DNA of 64,000 nt from Candidatus Eiseniibacteriota bacterium (lineage in GTDB: Bacteria > Eisenbacteria > RBG-16-71-46), in the NCBI GenBank assembly GCA_963744995.1, contig CAVUWA010000002.1:358654-422653 (forward strand), in the 5' to 3' direction. Each line of letters starts with the position of its first letter. Within the stretch, counting starts at the first letter, position 1. This document shows, in pieces, positions 20,601 through 27,883 of the stretch. Made by a program: the position numbers and the translations under genes. The notes under the pieces are model-generated. The model had not been told where the DNA came from. It worked only from the letters and a program-made list of their open reading frames with translations, and searched no databases.

Positions 20601-23600
20601 GAGCGTCGTGGCGTATGCGCCGTCCACGTAGAAATCGAATCCGGTCGAGGTCCAGACGATGCCGTAGCGATGCGGCGCCCCCAGCAGGCCCGCGCCGAGC
20701 AGAACCTCCTGGCCCAGATCGTTGCGGGCGTAGACGCCCGTGCCGTTGTTGCCCTCACCGATCACGACCCAGGGGTTGCCGCCGAACGTACTGTCCGCGG
20801 CGAAGCCGGCGTTCTGGAACGTCCCGGTCGTGAAGGTCGCGAGGAATTCGACCGACGTGAGCGGCGCCACCGGTGCGGCGACGTGCACGTGCGCGCCGTC
20901 GACCGTGACCTGCCCGCCGGAAAGCTGGTAGTAGCCGCCGGATGCATACGCGCCGGCGCTCCAGCCCGCGGGCAGTGCGGCGCCGTCGAAGTCGGCGGCG
21001 TTCGCCGGCGCGAGGATCACCTCGCCGTCGTCGTCGAGTACGAGCGCGGTGTTCGGATCCGTGCTCCCGAGCTCGAAGTCCGCGAGCGTGACGTCGGCGG
21101 GGCACGGCGCCGCGGCCGTCGTGAAGCTCAGCGGCGATGCCGGCGGCTCGGGTGCGGTGGCCGAATTGGTCGATGGATCCACCGACGTCACGCGATAGTA
21201 GTAGGTCGTCGCCGCGGCCAGGCCGCTGAGATCGGTCGAGTGCGACGCGGTCGGGGCCGGGTCGCTCGCCGACAGGGCGAGGTCGCCCGGATCCGTGCCG
21301 TAGTCGACGCGCGAGTCGGCCGCTTCATCGGTGTCCCAGGTGATGGTCGCGCCGCCGGGTCCGTTCGGGGTGGCGACGACGTTCGTGATGACCGGCGCGG
21401 TCACGTCCGCGCCCGCCGTGCAGGCGACGTGTGCGTCCTGCAGCACCGGCGTCACGCCGGGATCGGTGGTGGCGAGATCGGCGCGGTACTGGATGTAGCG
21501 GCTGTTGCCGCCGATCGTGGTGCCGCTCGAAGCCACCGGCGCGTAGGCCGTCCAGGTGCCGTCGGGAATCAGCGTGTTGCCGGTCCGCACGTTCATCTGC
21601 AGGCTCGTGCCGGCAGGCAGGTCCGCCGTCCAGGTCATCTGGTCCCAGTTGGCCGGGCCGCCGGCATCGTAGACGCGCGAGGTGAACGAGCCGCCCGCCG
21701 CATAGGGCGAGACGTGGATCCAGTCCAGGAGGACCGCCTGGCCACCGACATCGATGTCGCTGGCGGCGGGTCGCATGGGATCGGTGATCACGATCGGCTC
21801 GGTGTGCACCAGGGCGCCGTCGATGGAGTAGTCGAAGCCGGTCGCCGTCCAGTCGATACGATAGAGATGCGATGATCCCAGGTAGCTGGTGGGGAGCGTG
21901 AAGTCGACGACGCTGCCCACGGCGGTGCGGGTGACGAACACGCCGCCGTCGCCGGTGCTGAACAGTGCGAACGGTGCGTTCTGGAAGATCGCGGTGACGC
22001 CGTTTCCGTCCGTACCGCCGCCGAAGCCCACGTGCTGCAACCGGTCGGTGGTGAAAGTGGCGACGAACTCCACCGAGGTGCCCGGCCCGTAGGTCGTCCC
22101 TTCGGGCTCGGAATTGAAACGGGCGCCGTCCACGACGAGCTGCCCGCCGGAGACCGTCGCGGAACCGCCCGCCGACCACGGATAGCCGTCCCACTCGCCG
22201 GTCGGGGGCAGCACGTCGAACTCGGCCGTGGCGGCCGGCTTCAGAATCACGTCGCCGTCGCCGAGCGTCGTCACGGCGGTGTTCGCGTCCGGCGTGCCGG
22301 CGGCGAAATCGGCCACGGTCGCGTCGAGGAAACACTCGGGTGCCGGCATCGTGAACTCGAGCGGTGCGGCCGGCGGATCCGGCTCGGTGGCCGCGTTGCT
22401 GGCGGCGTCGGTCGAGCCGACGCGGAAGTAGTAGAGCGTGCTGGCCGCGAGGCCGCTGAGCGTGATGCTGTGGCTGGTGAGCAGCGCCGCATCGGTCTCC
22501 TGCGACGACAGCGTGCCGGCGTCGGTGCCGTAGTCCACGCGCGAGTCCGCGGCCTCGTTGGTGGTCCAGGCGATCGTAGCCGTCCCGTCGCCGTGCGGCG
22601 TCGCGGTCACGGCGCTGATCAGCGGCGGGGTCGTATCGACGGCATAGCTCGCCGCGTAGGTCGCCGTATTCGCCGGGAAGATCGCGTACTCGATACCCTT
22701 GATGGTCTCGGTGGTGTAGGCAATCGGAATGCCGTCTTCGGTGATCCCGGTGAGCTGTCCGACCGCGGCCAGCGTGGGCAGCATGCCGCGCAGGTTGTGC
22801 GCGCCCGCCGCGACGGCGACGTCGAAGCTCAGCACGTTGCCGTTCCAGACGAGGTTCTGGAACGATGAGCCGTTGCGGCCGTCGAGCCAGTCGAGCATCT
22901 GCTTCGCCGACACCACCGGAACGCCGCGGGACTGCGCCGAGGCCACGACGGCGTTCGAGCCGGCGTGGTTCGTGTTGTCGAAGTGCATGTTGGTGGTGAA
23001 GACGCCGTAGTAGCCCTCCGGACCGATCGCGCGGTCCAGGAGCTGATCGCAGAACTGCGGGAACGTCTCGCCCGACTCGTCGGGCATTTCCGTCGATGCC
23101 TGGAAGCAGTCGATGATCGTGCCGTCGAGCTTCGCGAAGCGCATCGGCATGCCGGAGCCGGTGAACATGCCCGGGCGGTCCTGAATCCACACGTCCGGCC
23201 AGTAGTAGTAGTTGGTGTCGAAGCGGATCCCGTTGGCGGCTTCGACCTCGGGGGTCACGCTCCAGTCGCTCCATGCGATGCAATGGTTGCGGTTGGTCGT
23301 CGGCACCGGGAGCGAGGGGTAGGTGGACGTGAACTGCGCCATCTGACTCGTGATGAAGTCGTCGTACTGCGTTTCGGTGAAGTTCTGACAGTTGGTGTTG
23401 ACGTGCAGCGCCACCTCGAAGCCGAGATCGTTGTAGAACTGCGCCTGCGCCGGAGTGAACGTCGAGCCCACGTAGAGGTAACCGGTGGCCCTCACGCACT
23501 CCCAGTCGTCCACCGAACAGCCGGCCGGGCTCTCGTTGATGTAGATGTCGAAGCGCGGCTGCATCCCGGCGTCGCCGTGGTCGTCGCCGGTCATGACGAT

Positions 23601-26600
23601 CGCCGCCTTGAAGTCCTTCGGCAGGTACCAGAAGCGCGGCAGCGGCGCGCGGTCCAGGTTGCCCTGGATGATTGCATTGGCCAGCAGGCGCTGCTGTTCA
23701 TCCGCCTGTGGAATCGCGATTTTGTCGAAGTCGACCCAGTCCGGCTGCGGGTCGAACGAGGCGGCGCCGAAGAACTGGTCGTCCGAGCGGATCGGGTCGA
23801 TCTGACCGTCCCGTTTCTGCCCGGCCCACGCCGGGTTGCCCTGGCGCGTATAGACCACCGAGCGCGCGAGATCGTACGTGAACGCGATCGCCTGGCCGCC
23901 GTTGCCGCCCACGTCGCGGGACGTCACGGCCGGGTTCGCCGTGGCGGTAGTCGCATCGGAATAGAGCGTGGCGACGGCGGTCGCACCGTTCAGCGTATAG
24001 AGGTCGGCGTCGCCGTGGAACTGGATCGTCTGCCCGACGATACCGACACCCGGCCCCGACGTGGTGTTCACGAGCAGGTACGCGTTCGACAGCGTGCCGG
24101 CCACCGGCGTCAGCCCGAGCAGCGGCGCGAGCTGCGCGTCGGGCCGCATCGCCACCAGCGTGCCGCCCGCACTGGTCCAGTCGCCGAGCATGGTGACCTG
24201 CGGCGCGCTGAGCGCCATCTCGCCGAGGATCACCACCTCGTAGCTGTCGATCACGGTCGGCGTCACGAGCGAGATGTCCTTCGCCGAGAACTCGTTGAAG
24301 CCCTCGGTGCGCAGGATTTCAGCCATGTAGCGGCCGAACGGATTCGTCGCCGCGCTGATCACCAGGATCGGGCCGCCCGGCCCTTCGGTGGGCGGCGGGG
24401 GCGGGGGTGCGGTGGTGGTGAACGACCACGACACGTCCGCGGCGAGCGCGTTGCCGGCCAGATCCTTGATCCGCGGGTCGGTACCGCCGCCCTTGAGCGT
24501 CGCCGTGTAGGTCGCCGAGTAGTCGAGCGCGGCCGACGGCGTCAGCGTGGCCGTGCGGGTCGCGGAGGAGTAGCTCACGGCCGCCGCGACCGGTGCGCTC
24601 AGGTCGTCCACGAGCTCGAACGTCGTCCCGTCGACCGTCGTCGCGTCGATGGCCTCGTTGAAGATCGCGGTCACGCTCGCCGTGACCGCCACGCCGCTCG
24701 CCCCCGCGGCGGGCAGCTTCGACAGCACCACAGGCGGGGTCGTGTCCGGGCCGGGGTTGTCGTCGAACACCACGTCCACCCAGTAGTTGCTGGCCTGGTA
24801 GTCGGATGTCGGGAATGTGCTCGTCGCCGCGTACGCATAGACGCCGTTTGGACCCTCCTCGCCGTCGGCGAGGATCCGGATCGGCGGCGCGTCAATCCCC
24901 GAAGCGAACGCATTCACGTCCTGCGAGTAGTGTCCGGTGTCGGTGTGATACGAGGCGATGTAGGTGGTGTTGGCGGTGACCTGCACCGGCGCCGCGAACG
25001 GCGCCTCCTGCCAGCCGCTCGCCGACTCGCCGGAGAACGTCGTCGTGGCGATGAGCGCCCCGGCCGAGCTCCACAGGTTACCGACGTGCGTCCCGGTGTT
25101 GGCGGTGCTCTTGTAGAAGCGGATGCCGTTGATCACGCCGTCCGCGCTGGTGCGGAACTTGACGCCCAGCTCGATCGCGGCGTTGTCGGGCTCGTCCACG
25201 TTCTGCGGGACCGTGGCCGGGTCGAACACCGTGCACGGGCAGACGCGTGGATCCACCGTCACGTTCACCGGCGTGCCGGGGGTCTCCATGTTGCCGCTGT
25301 CGTCGTAGCTGCGGCTCCGGATCGTCGCGGCACCGGTCGCGCCGGGCGACCAGGCGAACGTCCAGTTCGTCGAGCCGCTTGCGAGCTGCCAGGTCGTTCC
25401 GCCGTCCACCGAGACCTCGACCCCGGCCACCACGCCGTCCACGTCGGAGGCGGTGCCGGAGATCGTCGTCAGCGCGCCGGTCTGCACATGCGCGCCGTCC
25501 GCGGGCGAGGTGATCGCCGACACCGGCGCGGTGACGTCGGTGGACTGGGTGGCGGCGACGAGGCCGGTCTGCAACGTGGCGGGCTGGACGCCCATGTCGG
25601 CGAGCAGATTCACCGTCGCCTGCTGCATGTCGGGCACTTCGGGATCGCTGCCACGATCGTGGTTGGAGTCGAGGCCCCAGGCCCACTGCACGGTGCCCGC
25701 GCCGAACACCAGCGCGCCGCTCGGCGCGCGGTACAGCGACAGGTGGTGGCGCTTGCCGTCGAAGTCGGTCTGCGAGAGCAGGATCCGCCCCGCGGGATAG
25801 AAGTCGTCGTACTGCTGCCAGTCCCACTCGTAGCCGAGCGTCGCGCTGCCGAGCGTCGCCTCCTGCCCGGAACCGAGCGCGGCGATGCCCGTGTTGCGCC
25901 AGAAGCGCAGCGCGCCGTAGGCGGCAGGCACGTGGATCGCGGAGGTGTTGCCGTCCCAGCTGATCTGGCCCGACAGCGCGTTCTCGGGCGAGCAGCCGTC
26001 GTTGGGCGCGTAGGTCGGCTCGCAGCCGTCGCGCCAGAGCCCCGTCCACACCCCGGTCAGCGGATCGCACTTGCCACCGCAGATGTTCTCGCCGAGCGTG
26101 CCTTCCTTGTAGCAGACCAGCGTTCGGTCGGGCGTGGCCGAGCCGTCCGTGCTCGGCTCGAAGCGGGTCTTCCAGTAGATCTCGTTGCCGCTGAAGAACG
26201 CCAGGTGAACCCCTGCGTCGCGCGCCGCGGTGACGTTGGCGCGCTGTTCCGCCGACCAGTACTCATCGTGGCCGACCGACAGGAACACCTGATGGTTGAG
26301 GAGCAGGCCGCCGGAGCGGTGCGTGTCGACGTCAGTGAAGTACGACACGTCGTAGCCGTTGCGCTCGAGCCAGCGCACCATCGGGTACTCGGCGTTGAAC
26401 ACCCAGTCCTCGCTCGAGCCGCTGCCGCCGCCCCCGCCGCGGGTGGTGAAGGGACGGTTGTAGCTCACCTTGGAGGCGTGGTTCAGGGTCGGGGGCCCGC
26501 TCGCGCTGCCGACGTAGAGACTGTTGCCGCCGTAGCCGTTGTAGGCCTGCCAGGTGGCGTCCGAGGTCTGGAACAGGAGCTTCGAGGTGCTCGCGTCGTC

Positions 26601-27137
26601 GCGCACGATGAACACGATGTGGCTCGAGCCCTGGTTGTCGTCGCGAATGACCTTGGCGAAATAGATGCCCGACACCGCGGAGGCGGGAACGTCCCACGAG
26701 GCCGATTCCGCCCAGTTGCCGCAGTCGGTGAGCCCGGTGGTCGCGTCGAAGAGCGGCGCCGGCTGCGACTGCGGCAGCGTCGCCGATGGCAGCACCGTGG
26801 CCACCTTGCGGGCGCCGTCGCCGTCGTAATACCCCATCCGGTAGATGTCGAGGTGGTACGCCGCCGCGTCGGTGTCGATCTTGAAATGCACCGTCTCGCC
26901 GCGGTTCACACTGATGTCCGTAGCGAAGCCCTGGATGGTGAGATCGCCCGCATCGGGATTGTCGAGGTCCCACTCGCTCGGCGGATTCCCCGGCAGCTGG
27001 TTCTCGGTCACGATCGCGTTCTGCGCGCGGGCGGTTCCGGGAAGGGCGGCCGCGAACAGCGCGCAAAAGCCGGCGCAGAGTCCGAGCAGGACGGATGTCC
27101 GGCGGCGCACACTCTGGATCGTCTGCGAATTGCTCAT
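17673..27137 (-). CDS. giant (3154 aa) multidomain surface protein
   Basis: ATG 27137 overlaps the upstream TGA (ATGA). MSNSQTIQSVRRRTSVLLGLCAGFCALFAAALPGTARA is the signal peptide. The N-terminal region resembles the N,N-dimethylformamidase-beta-subunit-like family (IVTENQLPGN...YRMGYYDGDG...SVGHDEYWS). Next come Ig-like domains, a DUF4082-like domain (ELGVKFRTSADGVINGIRFYKS..YWVDVVF) and an SbsA/Big_5-like Ig domain. A polysaccharide-deacetylase-like region follows (MTGDDHGDAG...ALHVNTNC). Then three repeats of [FN3-like + LamG/jelly-roll-like + beta-sandwich], and finally the shared C-terminal cassette ending in a FlgD-Ig domain. The first 116 codons of the track ORF overlap the upstream gene and are not coding. 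Confidence 0.9.
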   Translation of the reverse strand: MSNSQTIQSVRRRTSVLLGLCAGFCALFAAALPGTARAQNAIVTENQLPGNPPSEWDLDNPDAGDLTIQGFATDISVNRGETVHFKIDTDAAAYHLDIYRMGYYDGDGARKVATVLPSATLPQSQPAPLFDATTGLTDCGNWAESASWDVPASAVSGIYFAKVIRDDNQGSSHIVFIVRDDASTSKLLFQTSDATWQAYNGYGGNSLYVGSASGPPTLNHASKVSYNRPFTTRGGGGGSGSSEDWVFNAEYPMVRWLERNGYDVSYFTDVDTHRSGGLLLNHQVFLSVGHDEYWSAEQRANVTAARDAGVHLAFFSGNEIYWKTRFEPSTDGSATPDRTLVCYKEGTLGENICGGKCDPLTGVWTGLWRDGCEPTYAPNDGCSPENALSGQISWDGNTSAIHVPAAYGALRFWRNTGIAALGSGQEATLGSATLGYEWDWQQYDDFYPAGRILLSQTDFDGKRHHLSLYRAPSGALVFGAGTVQWAWGLDSNHDRGSDPEVPDMQQATVNLLADMGVQPATLQTGLVAATQSTDVTAPVSAITSPADGAHVQTGALTTISGTASDVDGVVAGVEVSVDGGTTWQLASGSTNWTFAWSPGATGAATIRSRSYDDSGNMETPGTPVNVTVDPRVCPCTVFDPATVPQNVDEPDNAAIELGVKFRTSADGVINGIRFYKSTANTGTHVGNLWSSAGALIATTTFSGESASGWQEAPFAAPVQVTANTTYIASYHTDTGHYSQDVNAFASGIDAPPIRILADGEEGPNGVYAYAATSTFPTSDYQASNYWVDVVFDDNPGPDTTPPVVLSKLPAAGASGVAVTASVTAIFNEAIDATTVDGTTFELVDDLSAPVAAAVSYSSATRTATLTPSAALDYSATYTATLKGGGTDPRIKDLAGNALAADVSWSFTTTAPPPPPPTEGPGGPILVISAATNPFGRYMAEILRTEGFNEFSAKDISLVTPTVIDSYEVVILGEMALSAPQVTMLGDWTSAGGTLVAMRPDAQLAPLLGLTPVAGTLSNAYLLVNTTSGPGVGIVGQTIQFHGDADLYTLNGATAVATLYSDATTATANPAVTSRDVGGNGGQAIAFTYDLARSVVYTRQGNPAWAGQKRDGQIDPIRSDDQFFGAASFDPQPDWVDFDKIAIPQADEQQRLLANAIIQGNLDRAPLPRFWYLPKDFKAAIVMTGDDHGDAGMQPRFDIYINESPAGCSVDDWECVRATGYLYVGSTFTPAQAQFYNDLGFEVALHVNTNCQNFTETQYDDFITSQMAQFTSTYPSLPVPTTNRNHCIAWSDWSVTPEVEAANGIRFDTNYYYWPDVWIQDRPGMFTGSGMPMRFAKLDGTIIDCFQASTEMPDESGETFPQFCDQLLDRAIGPEGYYGVFTTNMHFDNTNHAGSNAVVASAQSRGVPVVSAKQMLDWLDGRNGSSFQNLVWNGNVLSFDVAVAAGAHNLRGMLPTLAAVGQLTGITEDGIPIAYTTETIKGIEYAIFPANTATYAASYAVDTTPPLISAVTATPHGDGTATIAWTTNEAADSRVDYGTDAGTLSSQETDAALLTSHSITLSGLAASTLYYFRVGSTDAASNAATEPDPPAAPLEFTMPAPECFLDATVADFAAGTPDANTAVTTLGDGDVILKPAATAEFDVLPPTGEWDGYPWSAGGSATVSGGQLVVDGARFNSEPEGTTYGPGTSVEFVATFTTDRLQHVGFGGGTDGNGVTAIFQNAPFALFSTGDGGVFVTRTAVGSVVDFTLPTSYLGSSHLYRIDWTATGFDYSIDGALVHTEPIVITDPMRPAASDIDVGGQAVLLDWIHVSPYAAGGSFTSRVYDAGGPANWDQMTWTADLPAGTSLQMNVRTGNTLIPDGTWTAYAPVASSGTTIGGNSRYIQYRADLATTDPGVTPVLQDAHVACTAGADVTAPVITNVVATPNGPGGATITWDTDEAADSRVDYGTDPGDLALSASDPAPTASHSTDLSGLAAATTYYYRVTSVDPSTNSATAPEPPASPLSFTTAAAPCPADVTLADFELGSTDPNTALVLDDDGEVILAPANAADFDGAALPAGWSAGAYASGGYYQLSGGQVTVDGAHVHVAAPVAPLTSVEFLATFTTGTFQNAGFAADSTFGGNPWVVIGEGNNGTGVYARNDLGQEVLLGAGLLGAPHRYGIVWTSTGFDFYVDGAYATTLVQSVGVNMVPIISDYPVGGATLSVDWFRVSPYPAAGSFTSRVFDLGGPTSWGAATWTADTPSGTGVALLFRTGDTAVPDGSWSAFNAVSNGGTVGGNSRYVQYRADLTTGDPALTPVLRDVALACTAGPDLTPPVISDVVAAPDPGGTGATVTWTTDEPADSRVDYGVSGGALSSNESDAALVTSHSIVLSGLTPGLGYDYRVTSTDGSLNAASEPVPPGVLGFSTPAQACFTDDVEADFAAGALSDTWVSVTANGEVTLAPAQGAEFSGTSLPADWTSTPWTGGTSAVAGGAVAVDGARLTPLSTTGSASGVVLEFNATFLTAANQHAGLGSGDNTATGAGMFGDIVQSWAMFSTFGGGTTLYARINNPANGAENENIAIGAFTGAPHLFRIEWKPAPDSLIFLVDGASVARRATTIALSMRPGFSDYDNDGSVLAVDWVHETPYATSGTFTSRVYDAGASVTWDAMTWTAALPVGTAISLSARTGDTAVPDGSWTAFAPVAGSGTTVGGMSRYIQYRADLSTSDPATTPVLEALSIACVTCDPTPPAAIADATADRGGSGAGGRIILQVSFTPPPTAATVEVYRAPFGGYPRYDDDGGATPATPSYPPGAPWTLTPVSASGQTDDPPVRDTWFYVVFSKSACDVVSPVSNVTAGIPNYLLGDVTDGTTACAGDGAVGTPDVSLLGSHYGETITGPEAWACLDVGPTLDGSVNGRPLTDGALQFEDLVMFALNFGVPGMPVAAAHEVRETAASDALTLDAPAHVTAGQTFEVTLRMSGAGDVQALSASLSWNAGIVTPADVRAGAMLDIQGGVLFSPGPGRMDAALLGAGRQGLAGEGDLAVWTFRATADGDPAIALGRVDARDAANRPVTFGAPRPQPDLPAVTAFDRVSPNPFTATTSMAFSLASRSRVNLTIYAVDGRRVRTLARGVYPAGTHQVVWNGTADSGERVRPGLYFARLETAAGTFTRSIALMR
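18975..22640 (-). repeat. three tandem roughly 1.2-kb coding modules (diverged) within the giant gene
   Basis: Three motif groups recur three times: ATI(A/T)W(T/D)T(N/D)E(A/P)ADSRVDYG...TSHS..LSGL, then CF.D....ADFAAG, then GSFTSRV(Y/F)D.G....W....WTA..P.GT.....RTGDT.VPDGSW.AF..V...GT.GG.SRY(I/V)QYRADL(T/S)T.DP..TPVL. Their antisense echoes appear as similar + strand ORFs at 19066-19266 and 20311-20508. Confidence 0.75.
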
Positions 27138-27835
27138 CCCTGGTATCTCCAGCACGCGGACGGCATCTCCGCGTCGCCGTTGAGCGGAGCGGCAACCGGC
27201 AGCAGGGGCCGCACGCGCAGCCCGGTCCACCGGTCGTGTTCCGGCTTCGCCTTCGTCACGATGACCACGGCGCCCCGCGAGGTGGCGGGACGCACATACA
27301 GGCCGGCGTCGTAGAACTGCACGCGGCGCAGGTGGACGACGGTCGTCCCGCCCTCCGGTCCCGCGCGGAAGTGCAGGTGATGCAATGTTCCGGGCCCTTC
27401 GAGGGACACACCGCCGCAGAGGATCACGTGCGAGATGGTCATGCTGTCGGCGCGTGCGGCGAAGCGATGAAAGGTGTTTCCGCATGCGCCCGTCATGAGG
27501 TCGCCCTCGTCATCGCGCGGATCGGTCGCGGGCACGAACTCGACCACGGTCGTGTCGAATGCGACGACCGCGTCGTATGCGTTGAAATGCTTGCCGGGTG
27601 ACTCGATGCGCAGCTCGAGCGTGAACGAGCCCCCGGGCGCGACGCGCACGGTGTCGGGGGAGAGCGCAGCGTGCACGGCGTCCGGGGCATCGGCCGCCGG
27701 CGCGGCGCCGAACGACCACGAGGCAAACGCGAGAGACGCCGCAGCGCCCACCGCGGCACCGCCGGCAGGATGGAGCCACCGGTGGCGCCGGGGGGCCGGG
27801 ACGAGCCGGCTTCTATGCGAGTTCGAGAGATTCAT
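27134..27835 (-). CDS. small cohesin-like protein without C-terminal sorting domain
   Basis: 233 aa. N-terminus SRLVPAPRRHRWLHPAGGAAVGAAASLAFA is signal-like. The core is GGSFTLELRIESPGKHFNAYDAVVAFDTTVVEFV...LMTGACGNTFHRFAARADSMTISHVILCGGVSLEGPG. It aligns with the 16852-17676 product at roughly half identical residues by eye. Its stop overlaps the giant gene's ATG. Confidence 0.75.
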   Translation of the reverse strand: MNLSNSHRSRLVPAPRRHRWLHPAGGAAVGAAASLAFASWSFGAAPAADAPDAVHAALSPDTVRVAPGGSFTLELRIESPGKHFNAYDAVVAFDTTVVEFVPATDPRDDEGDLMTGACGNTFHRFAARADSMTISHVILCGGVSLEGPGTLHHLHFRAGPEGGTTVVHLRRVQFYDAGLYVRPATSRGAVVIVTKAKPEHDRWTGLRVRPLLPVAAPLNGDAEMPSACWRYQG

Positions 27836-27883
27836 GGTCCGATGCCGGGCGCCGCACGGTTGCGGCGCCCGGCGTTCGGTTCC

